From a virus: a stretch of 64,000 nucleotides of DNA. Every line of letters starts with the position of its first letter. Position 1 is the first letter of the stretch. A program made the position numbers and the translations under genes. The DNA lies in IMG/VR virus record IMGVR_UViG_3300034069_000021, positions 1-64,000 of that record; one strand, 5' to 3'. The notes beneath the pieces are model-generated. The model searched no databases. It was not told the DNA's origin and saw nothing but the letters and a program-made list of their open reading frames with translations. This document shows, piece by piece, positions 1 to 8,894 of the stretch.

Positions 1-21
1 CCCGACATCGACGCCAAGTAG
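1..21 (+). CDS. 3' end of an upstream gene (partial, cut by window edge)
   Basis: Frame 1 is open from the edge to TAG at 19-21. A strong hairpin terminator follows. Confidence 0.3.
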   Translation, partial: PDIDAK

Positions 22-34
22 GCCCGAGGCCCCG

Positions 35-72
35 GATGTTGGGGCGTGAGATCGCTTGCGCCCCAACATCTT
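35..72 (+). terminator. Intrinsic terminator hairpin
   Basis: Perfect 12-bp stem GATGTTGGGGCG (35-46) / CGCCCCAACATC (59-70), followed by TT. Confidence 0.7.
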
Positions 73-80
73 GTGCCTGG

Positions 81-109
81 TTACAACACCCCTGATCAGG
101 GTCTAGGCT
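81..109 (+). promoter_or_regulatory. Candidate promoter with a distinct palindromic operator in the spacer
   Basis: TTACAA (81-86), a 17-nt spacer, then TAGGCT (104-109). The spacer contains the perfect 12-bp palindrome CCCTGATCAGGG (90-101). Confidence 0.4.
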
Positions 110-152
110 GGCGTGCCCGGCCACCACCACACCACCACCGACAGGACCACCA

Positions 153-1025
153 GTGACTGACATTCCCAAGTACGGCGAGGTCGATGAGACCGACGCCGCC
201 CGCCGCCAGAAGGCCCTCCAGACGACCACCTGCCTGTGCCCCGGCGACCCCTCGGCCAGCGCCGCCGGGTGGAACCCGCTGTGCCCTCAGCACGGCAACG
301 AGGCCCACCGCCACCCGTGGCTCCGTGACGCCGCTCAGCCTGAGCCGGGCTCGGAGTGCCCCGATCAAAACCACGTCGGCCACTGCCAGTGCCACCTCGG
401 CGGGCCGGTGCTGATGGGCGCGGACGTGGAGCTGTACGACTGCTGCCGCGCCCCGGCGGGCGGTGACCATGACGACGACTGCCCCGATCACCCGGCTGAC
501 CCGCCGACCGTCGACACGGTGACCCCGCTGGTGAAGACCATGGTCGAGATCCCCGCGCCCGAGGTGCCGACGCTCGGTGACCTGGCCGAGTACATGCGGG
601 CCTGGCGCTCGGTGGGCGTCTCGGGTGAGTCGGTCCAGTACGCGGCGTCCAAGGTCTGGGAGGAGCTGCCGCCGCTCACCCTGGCCGACGTGCCTCCGGT
701 GACGCGCGTCAAGGTCACGGGTGACTACGCCGCCGACATCCTCACCACCGCCTCCGCGCTGGTCAACGGCCAGCGGAACGCGGACTACGGTGACGCCCGC
801 GACAATTTCACCGAGACCGCCGGTCTCTGGCAGATCGTCCTTGGCCCGCTGCTCCGCGACGACGCCGTGATCACCGCCGAGCAGGTGGCCCTGTGCATGA
901 ACCAGCTCAAGGTCGCCCGGCTGATCCACAACACCGGCCACGCGGACAGCTGGATTGACGGGTGCGGGTACCTCGCGCTCGGCGGCGGCATCGCCCATCA
1001 GACCCAGGCCGACGACCGCGCCTGA
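153..1025 (+). CDS. DUF6378-like phage protein
   Basis: GTG start and high GC3. C-terminal motif QRNADYGDARDNF..GLW..KVARL..GHADSWIDGCGYLALG is typical of DUF6378-type proteins. Confidence 0.7.
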   Translation: MTDIPKYGEVDETDAARRQKALQTTTCLCPGDPSASAAGWNPLCPQHGNEAHRHPWLRDAAQPEPGSECPDQNHVGHCQCHLGGPVLMGADVELYDCCRAPAGGDHDDDCPDHPADPPTVDTVTPLVKTMVEIPAPEVPTLGDLAEYMRAWRSVGVSGESVQYAASKVWEELPPLTLADVPPVTRVKVTGDYAADILTTASALVNGQRNADYGDARDNFTETAGLWQIVLGPLLRDDAVITAEQVALCMNQLKVARLIHNTGHADSWIDGCGYLALGGGIAHQTQADDRA

Positions 1026-1062
1026 GCACCACCACCACCACAACCGAAGGACTCACTGACTC

Positions 1063-3906
1063 ATGCTCGGAAGCAAACCGCTGGAAGCCGTTCTCGGCGC
1101 TGGCATCGACAACACCGACCACGCCGCCGTGCGGGCGTTCATCCGCCAGGCTGCCGACCTCGGGCTGAACATCCTGTTCATCTATCCGAACTCCAAGGTG
1201 CCCGCCGACATGCGGACCTCGGCCAAGCGCCGCTCCGACGACAAGGCCGCGCAGGAGGCCGCTCAGCAGGCCGGTCGGCGTGACTGGGCCACGGTCAAGT
1301 CGCCCGCCGGGCTGGCGCTGGCCACCTCGGACAAGGCCACGCTGGACCGCTACCTCAAGGCCTACGTCCAGCAGTTCTCCACCTGGGCCGAGGTGCTGCC
1401 CGACGGCACCTACGGCCAGGAGGTGACCTGGGCCAAGAAGCGCGAGGACGCGGGCGAGATCGTCATGGTCGAGCCGGTCGGCGTCAACCTGGCCGTGGAG
1501 GTCGGCGGCTCGGGCGTCGTGGTGGTCGACTGTGACACCGCCGCCCAGGTGGACCGCTGGTTCGAGGTGGCCGAGATCCCCGAGGATCAGCGCCCCGCCC
1601 CGACCGTGCTCACTCCCGGCCAGGTGGCCGACGGCGACCCCGACGACCCCGAGACCTGGGCTCACTCCGACGGCGGTCACTTCTGGTTCACGGTGCCCGA
1701 TGAGCTGATGCCCGTGCTGCCGCGTCACATCGGCGCGATGACCTGGGGCGGCGACAACGGGTTCGCGGTGCTCTGGGACCGCCGGTACGTGCTGATCCCG
1801 CCGTCGACCAGGCCCGAGGGCGCATACGAGCAGCTGGGCCACGTCTACGAGCTGCCGGACTGGCTGGCTGAGGCCATCGTCAAGGCCGGGGAGTACCGCG
1901 TCCAGCGGGCCGAGGGCCACCGCACCGATAACGCCGAGCTGGCCAGCCAGATCGACGCATGGGCCGAGAAGGTCAGCTGGGCGTCGATCCTGGAGCCCCT
2001 GGGCTGGACCCCCGCGCCTCGGGCCGACTCCTGCGGCTGTGCCGTGTGGACCGCGCCCGGCGTCCACGCCTCCCCGAAGTCGGCCACCGCTCACGACGCG
2101 GGCTGCACCGCTGGCCGGTACACCGAGACGAACGCGCCGCTCCACCTCTGGACCGACCACGACGCCGCCCCGTTCACCGACCACATGGGTGAGCCGGGCT
2201 GGACGCCGACGTTCTCCAAGCTCCAGGCCGTGGCGCTGGTCAGCTTCGGCGGCAAGGTCGGCGCGGCCATGGACGCACTGGAGGTCACGCCCGACCTGAG
2301 CGTGGAGCCGGGCCTGGACGTCAAGGGGCCGGATCGCGACCTCGGGATGACCGGCGATGGTGATTTCACCCTGCCTGAGCCCGACGAGTCCGAGCTGGCC
2401 ATCCGTGAGCAGCAGGAGCGGAACGAGGGTCTGGCCGACGACGATCCGGTCACGGTGGTCTGCCAGTGCGGGGACACCATCACCATGGATGACGCCTTCG
2501 AGTCGGGCGGCGTCTGGTACCACCACGGCGGCGGCGCGGACCCCTCGGCTGACCATCCCATCGACGCGCCTGACCCGGCTCAGCGCGGCACCAGCACCCC
2601 GCTGCCGGACGCCCAGATCGGTGAGGCCGAGACGTTCAAGGACGACCTGCCGACGCCGCTCCCGCTGCCCGCTGATCCCGGCGACCTCCCGGCTGACTTC
2701 GGGTCGGCCCGGCCCAAGGCCGAGACCCCGTACCCCGATCACGTGGACGATCCCGACCCCGACGTGTTCGACTCGGCGCACACCGGGGTGCCGCGCATCG
2801 CGCCGTTCTCCCACTGGCGGGACATGCCGCCGCCCGAGTTCATCATCGACGGCCTGCTGGAGCACGGCGGGCTCACCAGCATCATCGGCCCGCCCGGCAT
2901 GGGGAAGTCGACGGTCGCTCTGGACATGGCCTGTCACATCGCCACCGGGAAGCGGTGGCAGGGCCTGCGCACGTTCAAGACTCCGGTCCTGTACCTCCCC
3001 GGTGAGGGCCTGAGCGGCGCGGTCCAGCGCATCAGGGCCTGGGAGGACGCCCACGACATGGACCTGGGCTCGGACCTGCTGCTCGGCAACGGGATCATCC
3101 TGGTGGCGGCTCAGAACGAGGCCTGGGGTGAGGTCGCCGCGTACATCGCCCGGCGCGGGATCGGTCTGGTCATCTTCGACACGTTCGCCCGCATGTCGGC
3201 GGGGCTGGAGGAGAACAGCGCGACCGACGTCGGCAAGGCGGTCAGGCGGTTCGACAAGCTCAAGGAGCTGACGAACGCCGGGGTGTGCGTGGTCCACCAC
3301 ACCGGCAAGGCCGACCCGAGCACCGGGCGCGGGTCGTCGGCGCTGAACGGCGCGCTCGACTCCGAGCTGCTGGTCCGCGACGCCCGGTGGGATACCAGCC
3401 AGGTGGCCGACGCCAACGGGCGGCTGCCGGGCAAGCCCATCGAGGTGATGACCACCAAGCAGAAGAACGCCGAGCAGCTGGAGAACGCCATCCCGCTGCT
3501 GATGGTCAGCCACGACCTGGGCGAGGGCATCACCGCCCCGCTGATCACCGGCCCCAACGGGACCGTCGACCCGATGGAGGGGGAGCCCGTGCTGGCCCGA
3601 CCGCTGCCCGAGCCCATCGTGGAGACGGCCATCCGCATCCGCGACTACGTGGACCGGCTGACCCAGCAGGGTGCCACGCGCACGGAGATCGTGGCGGCTG
3701 TCCAGCCCGACGGGTACGCCCGCTCGCGCAACGACACCACCGCCTACTGGAAGCAGCGCATCGCTGAGGCCGTCGACCGTGGCCTCCGCTACTCGCTGAT
3801 CGAGACCCTGACCGGCACCGCGTCCGGCTCCAGGTACATCCCGAGCACCAACACTCGGGAGCAGGCTCGGGCGGCTGCCGCCGCCGAGATCAACGACGCC
3901 GACTAG
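1063..3906 (+). CDS. Bifunctional DNA primase/polymerase (PrimPol) fused to a RecA/DnaB-like P-loop ATPase
   Basis: 947 aa. N-terminal PrimPol-like motifs (ILFIYPNSKVP, VVVVDCDT, GGHFWF). Walker A IIGPPGMGKST, Walker B LVIFDTFARM, VVHHTGK. Confidence 0.85.
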   Translation: MLGSKPLEAVLGAGIDNTDHAAVRAFIRQAADLGLNILFIYPNSKVPADMRTSAKRRSDDKAAQEAAQQAGRRDWATVKSPAGLALATSDKATLDRYLKAYVQQFSTWAEVLPDGTYGQEVTWAKKREDAGEIVMVEPVGVNLAVEVGGSGVVVVDCDTAAQVDRWFEVAEIPEDQRPAPTVLTPGQVADGDPDDPETWAHSDGGHFWFTVPDELMPVLPRHIGAMTWGGDNGFAVLWDRRYVLIPPSTRPEGAYEQLGHVYELPDWLAEAIVKAGEYRVQRAEGHRTDNAELASQIDAWAEKVSWASILEPLGWTPAPRADSCGCAVWTAPGVHASPKSATAHDAGCTAGRYTETNAPLHLWTDHDAAPFTDHMGEPGWTPTFSKLQAVALVSFGGKVGAAMDALEVTPDLSVEPGLDVKGPDRDLGMTGDGDFTLPEPDESELAIREQQERNEGLADDDPVTVVCQCGDTITMDDAFESGGVWYHHGGGADPSADHPIDAPDPAQRGTSTPLPDAQIGEAETFKDDLPTPLPLPADPGDLPADFGSARPKAETPYPDHVDDPDPDVFDSAHTGVPRIAPFSHWRDMPPPEFIIDGLLEHGGLTSIIGPPGMGKSTVALDMACHIATGKRWQGLRTFKTPVLYLPGEGLSGAVQRIRAWEDAHDMDLGSDLLLGNGIILVAAQNEAWGEVAAYIARRGIGLVIFDTFARMSAGLEENSATDVGKAVRRFDKLKELTNAGVCVVHHTGKADPSTGRGSSALNGALDSELLVRDARWDTSQVADANGRLPGKPIEVMTTKQKNAEQLENAIPLLMVSHDLGEGITAPLITGPNGTVDPMEGEPVLARPLPEPIVETAIRIRDYVDRLTQQGATRTEIVAAVQPDGYARSRNDTTAYWKQRIAEAVDRGLRYSLIETLTGTASGSRYIPSTNTREQARAAAAAEINDAD

Positions 3907-3940
3907 TTCGGCGTCAGCCACCACAACACCAAGGAGATCC

Positions 3941-4420
3941 ATGTCCATCACGTTCCAGACCAGCTCCCTCATCGCCGCCGCGAAGGAGGCGCTGGAGGGC
4001 CACCGCAAGGCCGACGCGCTCTACCAGGCCGACGCCGAGGCCTACCGGGCCGAGAAGCTGGCCGAGCAGGACCGCCTCGGTCAGATCAAGGCGCTCCGTG
4101 ACGAGCTGAGCGCCCTGCTCAAGGCCAAGCGCCAGCCGACCCGCGCCGACGCCCAGCGGTTCCGCAAGGCGGCTGGTGAGGACTATCTGAGCAACCTGTA
4201 CTCGGGCGGCGTCAGTGACCGCGACATCGCGAACAACGTCCAGAAGCCGACCGGCTGGCTCCACCCGACCAAGCGGGCCAGCTACGAGGGCCTGATCAAG
4301 ATGCTGGGCGCTCACACCGAGCCGACGATCACCGCGAACCAGCTCAAGCTGTTCGGCTACACCGACCTGGAGCTGCTGTTCCGCCTGGCGGCGCTGCACT
4401 CCCCGGTGGTGGACGAGTGA
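3941..4420 (+). CDS. Hypothetical protein
   Basis: 159-aa ORF with high GC3. An SD (AAGGAGA) lies upstream of the ATG. Confidence 0.75.
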   Translation: MSITFQTSSLIAAAKEALEGHRKADALYQADAEAYRAEKLAEQDRLGQIKALRDELSALLKAKRQPTRADAQRFRKAAGEDYLSNLYSGGVSDRDIANNVQKPTGWLHPTKRASYEGLIKMLGAHTEPTITANQLKLFGYTDLELLFRLAALHSPVVDE

Positions 4421-4581
4421 GCAAGGTCGCGCGCTGGCGCGTGGAGGGTCGGGACATGACGCCCGACGGCTACCACGACCAGCTGCTCTACGAGGGCAAC
4501 TCGGTGCGCGAGGTCTGGCGGGCCTACCGCTCGGCCAGGCGCAACGAGATGCAGGTCTGCGTCACTCGACGCTGGCCTTGA
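4417..4581 (+). CDS. Small hypothetical protein (54 aa, below ORF-track cutoff)
   Basis: GTGA overlap with the previous stop; nearly all third positions are G/C. Its stop TGA lies inside the TTGACA of the following promoter. Confidence 0.5.
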   Translation: MSKVARWRVEGRDMTPDGYHDQLLYEGNSVREVWRAYRSARRNEMQVCVTRRWP

Positions 4582-4607
4582 CATACCCGACTGACTCGGG
4601 CTAGTGT
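4578..4607 (+). promoter_or_regulatory. Promoter-operator cassette (variant -10)
   Basis: TTGACA (4578-4583), TA, palindrome CCCGACTGACTCGGG (4586-4600), then TAGTGT. Confidence 0.65.
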
Positions 4608-4609
4608 CA

Positions 4610-4657
4610 GGTGGTCGGGTCCGGTGACAACACCCAGCGTCATCGGACCCGACCACC
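4610..4657 (+). promoter_or_regulatory. Large perfect hairpin in the helicase leader
   Basis: 14-bp arms GGTGGTCGGGTCCG (4610-4623) / CGGACCCGACCACC (4644-4657) with a 20-nt loop. Confidence 0.6.
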
Positions 4658-4718
4658 ACCTACACCAGCCTCCGCTCCCGCCTCCACCTCCACCTCCACA
4701 CCAGCTAAGGCCCACCAC

Positions 4719-6464
4719 ATGACATCCACGCTCCCCGCCCCTCGGGCGCTGAGGCCCTACCAGACCGCCGCCGCCGATGCAGTCGAGAAAGACTGGTCCA
4801 ACGGCAAGACCCGGTGCGGTGTCGTTCTCCCCACCGGCTCAGGTAAATCCACCGTCATCGGTGAGCTGGCGCGCCGCGCCCTCGACCGTGGCCAGCGCGC
4901 CGTCGCCCTCGCCCACCGGGGTGAGCTGCTTGACCAGATGCGCCGCGACTTCATCGCCGTAGCCCCTCAGTACGCCGACCGCACCGGCATCGTCCGCTCC
5001 GAGGTTGACGACAGCCACGCGGACATGGTGTTCGCCACGCTCCAGACGTTGGCCACGGCCCACCGCCGCCAGGCCCTGGGCGAGCGTCAGGTCATCCTCT
5101 GGGACGAGGTACACCACGCCGGGGCCGAGGGGTTCCACACCACGTTCACCGAGCTGGGCGGGTACGACCGCGCGCTGATGGCCGGGTTCACCGCCACCAT
5201 GTACCGCGACGGGCGTGGCGTGATCGGCCTCGGTGACGTGATCGAGAAGGTGAGCTACGAGAAGGACATCGCCTGGGCGATCAAGATGGGGTTCCTCGTC
5301 AAGCCTCACGGGCTCACCGTGAAGATCAAGGGCCTGGACAAGCTCGATGACGTGCGGAACGTGGCCGGTGACTTCCACCAGGCCGAGCTGGCCGAGGTGA
5401 TGGAAGCCGCCACTCAGTACGTGGTCGACGCCATCCAGCTCCACGCCGAGGACCGCCAGCCGATCATCTTCGCCGCCTCGGTCGACGCCGCCCACCACAT
5501 CGCGGACAGCCTCACCGCCGCCGGGTACCGCGCCGAGGCCGTGACTGGGGCCATGCCCTATGCCGAGCGCCAGCCGGTGTACGCCCGGTTCCGCTCGGGT
5601 GAGGCCCGCGCGCTGGTGACCGTCCAGGTGCTCACCGAGGGCGCTGACTTCCCCATGTGCGACACGGTGGTCCTGGCCCGCCCGACGCGCTCCAAGAACC
5701 TCTACAGCCAGATGGTGGGCCGGGCGCTGCGCCTCCACCCCGGCAAGACCGACGCCCTGGTGCTGGACCTGGCCGGGTCGGCGCGCCACATGAAGCTCGT
5801 CAGCCTGACTCAGCTGCTGCCCGGTGTCGACGCCAAGGAGGTGGACGAGGACGGGAACACCCTGTGCCCGAACTGCGGCGCGCTGCTGATGGGCCAGGCC
5901 GAGTGCTACGCCTGCGCTGACATCCCGCTGGACGACGGCCTCGGCGGCGGTGAGGAGGCCATCAAGCAGGTGCGCCAGGGGCCGGTCGAGCTGATGAGCA
6001 TCGACCTGCTGGCCAGCTCGGACAACCTATGGATGGAGACCACCGGGCGCGTGCCGTTCATCCCGCTGATGAACAACTCCGTGGTGTTCCTGTGGCCCGA
6101 GGACGGCGTGATGCCGCCGGTCGGTGAGGCCGAGTCGGTGCGCTGGGCCATCGGTCAGGCCACCACGCGCGCCCCGTACCGCGTGATCAGCGTGACCGGC
6201 TCGGGCCGGTACCAGACCGACAACGAGGACTACGTGAGCCTGGTCCAGGCCATCGACGGCGCGGAGACCTGGATCCTGGAGTCCGACCAGCAGCTCCCCG
6301 AGAAGGGCGCGAGCTGGCGGCGCAAGCAGAAGCCGTCTGAGCCTCAGATCAACTACGCCCGCACCCTCGGCATCCCGCTGGCCGAGGACATGACCAAGGC
6401 CGAGCTGTCCGACGAGATCAGCGTCAAGATCACCAGCCGCGTCCTGGATCGGTACCTCGGCTGA
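4719..6464 (+). CDS. Superfamily-2 DEAD/DEAH-box DNA helicase
   Basis: Motifs LPTGSGKS, DEVHH, TATMYR, QMVGRALR. ATG 4719 is preferred over GTG 4611 because 4611-4718 has poor GC3 and holds the leader hairpin. Confidence 0.85.
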   Translation: MTSTLPAPRALRPYQTAAADAVEKDWSNGKTRCGVVLPTGSGKSTVIGELARRALDRGQRAVALAHRGELLDQMRRDFIAVAPQYADRTGIVRSEVDDSHADMVFATLQTLATAHRRQALGERQVILWDEVHHAGAEGFHTTFTELGGYDRALMAGFTATMYRDGRGVIGLGDVIEKVSYEKDIAWAIKMGFLVKPHGLTVKIKGLDKLDDVRNVAGDFHQAELAEVMEAATQYVVDAIQLHAEDRQPIIFAASVDAAHHIADSLTAAGYRAEAVTGAMPYAERQPVYARFRSGEARALVTVQVLTEGADFPMCDTVVLARPTRSKNLYSQMVGRALRLHPGKTDALVLDLAGSARHMKLVSLTQLLPGVDAKEVDEDGNTLCPNCGALLMGQAECYACADIPLDDGLGGGEEAIKQVRQGPVELMSIDLLASSDNLWMETTGRVPFIPLMNNSVVFLWPEDGVMPPVGEAESVRWAIGQATTRAPYRVISVTGSGRYQTDNEDYVSLVQAIDGAETWILESDQQLPEKGASWRRKQKPSEPQINYARTLGIPLAEDMTKAELSDEISVKITSRVLDRYLG

Positions 6465-6706
6465 TGGCTCAGGTGAGGGTGTACGCCACCACGTACAAGC
6501 GCGGGGACGCCGCCGACAACATGACGCACGACCTGGGCTGGTTCCCCGCCGCCCCGGTCGCGGGCCAGACGCTCCACTACGGCACGACCAAGAACGAGGA
6601 CGACAGCCTCCCGTGGCTGATCGACCGCGTGTCCTGGTGCCTCGGGACCAAGCACTTCGGCACGCCCGGCCAGTGGCACATCGAGATCGCGATGAGCGCC
6701 CGATGA
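6464..6706 (+). CDS. Hypothetical protein
   Basis: 80-aa ORF. ATGA overlap with the helicase stop. Confidence 0.7.
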   Translation: MAQVRVYATTYKRGDAADNMTHDLGWFPAAPVAGQTLHYGTTKNEDDSLPWLIDRVSWCLGTKHFGTPGQWHIEIAMSAR

Positions 6707-8133
6707 CCGAGCGATTCAACGTGGCCGAGGCGTTCCCGGCCCGCCGCCAGCCCGACGGTCGGACCTACTACCGCGCGTTCGACGCCCACGAAGGCCGGAA
6801 CGGGCGGCTCGGTGACGGCTGGACCGACAACCTGGCTCTCGCCCACCCTGACTACCGCGCGGAGGGCGCGCCTGAGCCGCTGTGCGCCACGCTGGCCGAC
6901 GAAACCGCCCCCGCCGGGGTCACCATGCCCGAGATCGTCTCTGTGACGTTCTCAGCCGCCCCCGAACCGCCACCACACAACCCTGAGGAGATCACCGTGG
7001 CCCGACGTAAGCAGCCTGATGGCTTGGACGAGAATTTCGAGCCGGTCGCGCCTGTCCGCGTGACCCAGTACATGCACTACCCGCTGCCGCCCGAGTCGCC
7101 GCGCGCCGCCAGTGAGTTCGGCCAATGGGGCTGGTACAAGCTGCCGAACCCCGAGACCGGCAGGCCGACCATCTACCCGCGCGCCACCACCATCGCCAAG
7201 ACGCTGGAGGAGCAGAGCAACCTCACCAAGTGGAAGATCCGCGAGCGCGCCATGCAGGTACTCCAGCTCAGCCGGATGGACCCGGCCACGGTGATCTACA
7301 CCGACCCGACCGGGCCGACCACCGCCGCCGACGCCCTCGGCGCGCTCGATGACGCCATGAAGTCCGGCAAGGCCTACGCCATCGACGGCGTGCTGGAGAT
7401 GATCGACAACGTGATGGGCGGCGCTGAGGCCCGCGAGCTGGGCGAGTGCGCTCACGCCTGGCTGGAGGCGCTGGCCCAGGGCCTGGTGCTGATGAAGGAC
7501 GTGCCCGAGGTGGTGCTGCCGCACGTCAAGCACGCCCACCGGGTCATCGCTCACCGGGGCCTGATCATGCTGCCCGAGTACGTGGAGCGCACCGTCCTCA
7601 ACGACCAGGGCGAGGAGACCGTGGCGGGCAAGCTGGACTGCATTTTCCGCGTGATCACCACGGGCGAGCTGGTCCTGGGTGACGTCAAGACCAGCAAGGG
7701 CCTGGACTACAGCTGGCTCACCTACGGCGTCCAGATCGGTGGCGTGTACGGGTGGGCCACCAAGATGCTGACCACGGACGGGAAGGGCTGGGAGCCCATG
7801 CCCGAGATCCGGCACGACTTCGCCATCCTGCTCCACGTGCCGAGCAACGACCCGGCCAAGGCCGCTGCCATCACGATCGACATGTGGTGGGCGGGTGAGG
7901 TGCTGGTGGAGAGCCTGTCTGCCCGCGCCCGGCGCAAGGAGGCCCCGAAGGTGGTCCCCCGCCACGCCATCCCGACCCCGAGCAAGGAGGCCGTTCGCCA
8001 GGCCGAGGCGCGCATCGCGCTGAGCGCCATCACCACCGCCGACGAAGGTCAGGCGGTCTATGAGACGTACCAGGACGTCTGGAATGACGACCTGGACGAG
8101 TTCGGCGGCGTCGTCGCCGGGCTGCTGTCGTAA
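6703..8133 (+). CDS. PD-(D/E)XK Cas4/RecB-like exonuclease
   Basis: ATGA overlap start. Motifs GKLDCIF ... LGDVKTSK (D..D/ExK). Confidence 0.65.
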   Translation: MTERFNVAEAFPARRQPDGRTYYRAFDAHEGRNGRLGDGWTDNLALAHPDYRAEGAPEPLCATLADETAPAGVTMPEIVSVTFSAAPEPPPHNPEEITVARRKQPDGLDENFEPVAPVRVTQYMHYPLPPESPRAASEFGQWGWYKLPNPETGRPTIYPRATTIAKTLEEQSNLTKWKIRERAMQVLQLSRMDPATVIYTDPTGPTTAADALGALDDAMKSGKAYAIDGVLEMIDNVMGGAEARELGECAHAWLEALAQGLVLMKDVPEVVLPHVKHAHRVIAHRGLIMLPEYVERTVLNDQGEETVAGKLDCIFRVITTGELVLGDVKTSKGLDYSWLTYGVQIGGVYGWATKMLTTDGKGWEPMPEIRHDFAILLHVPSNDPAKAAAITIDMWWAGEVLVESLSARARRKEAPKVVPRHAIPTPSKEAVRQAEARIALSAITTADEGQAVYETYQDVWNDDLDEFGGVVAGLLS

Positions 8134-8172
8134 CCCAACCTCAGCAACAACACCAACACCAGGAGTAACAAA

Positions 8173-8808
8173 GTGCCCAGCCCGTTCGACAAGAAGTCCG
8201 GCTCCACCGCTACCGCCCCCGCCGCCGCCGCCCCGGCGGCTGAGGCCCCCGGCCTGCCCGCGCCCGAGACCAAGGGTGACGGCGCGCCCAAGTCCACCGG
8301 GGCCAAGGCCGACCCGTTCGGCAACGTCCAGGATGCCACCGGTATCTCGGGCCTCAAGTCCTCGGCGTTCCTGGGTCAGATGATCCTCATGCACGCCAAG
8401 GAGACCGGGGAGATGTCCACCTCGGTCAAGCGCGAGGACGGGAAGCCGAGCCCGTTCGCCCGCTGCGACATCATCCCGCTGACCGTGCCCGAGCCGGGCG
8501 CGGTCAACGGCCAGACGGCCACGCTGAACGACGAGGGTCTGATCCAGATTCTCGACAAGGACGGCGACATCCAGACCTTCGAGGCCTACGAGCTGGGCGA
8601 GAAGCTGGAGGACGTTCTGCTGTTCAACGCGCCGCTGATCCGTGAGGCCAAGGGCGCGCTGGAGAAGGGGATCACCTGGAAGCGCGGGTGGATCGTCAAG
8701 GGCAACAAGAAGCCCGGTCAGTCGGCCCCGTACATCCTCAAGGCGCTGGAGGAGGACGACATCGAGGTCTACAACCGGGGCCTGGAAGCGGCTCGCGCTC
8801 GGGCGTAG
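8173..8808 (+). CDS. Hypothetical protein (Ala/Pro-rich N-terminus)
   Basis: GTG start preceded by an AGGAG SD. 211 aa. Confidence 0.7.
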   Translation: MPSPFDKKSGSTATAPAAAAPAAEAPGLPAPETKGDGAPKSTGAKADPFGNVQDATGISGLKSSAFLGQMILMHAKETGEMSTSVKREDGKPSPFARCDIIPLTVPEPGAVNGQTATLNDEGLIQILDKDGDIQTFEAYELGEKLEDVLLFNAPLIREAKGALEKGITWKRGWIVKGNKKPGQSAPYILKALEEDDIEVYNRGLEAARARA

Positions 8809-8821
8809 CACCCACAACGGC

Positions 8822-8853
8822 AACGGCCCCGGTGATCACTCACCGGGGCCGTT
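8822..8853. terminator. Bidirectional terminator between convergent genes
   Basis: 14-bp stem AACGGCCCCGGTGA / TCACCGGGGCCGTT with a 4-nt loop, followed by GTTCGTTTT. Confidence 0.75.
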
Positions 8854-8894
8854 GTTCGTTTTGGCCACCACAACCAAGACCGACGCCGCCCAGA

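Noticed and set aside
907-4008. Very long antisense or alternative-frame ORFs. Examples: 907-4008(-), 96-1043(-), 6952-8823(-), 27212-31231(+), 40668-42866(+), 43154-45205(+), 46047-47564(+), 38797-40509(+), 8688-9911(+).
   Set aside because: These are typical stop-codon-poor shadow ORFs of high-GC DNA. They lie opposite genes with clear motifs, have Arg/Gly/Pro/Ala-rich junk composition, and lack SD sequences or gene-packing logic.
4611-4718. GTG 4611 as the helicase start (ORF-track call, 617 aa).
   Set aside because: The extra 36 codons are Pro/Thr/Ser low-complexity with poor GC3 and coincide with the leader hairpin. ATG 4719 is preferred, though it is not proven.
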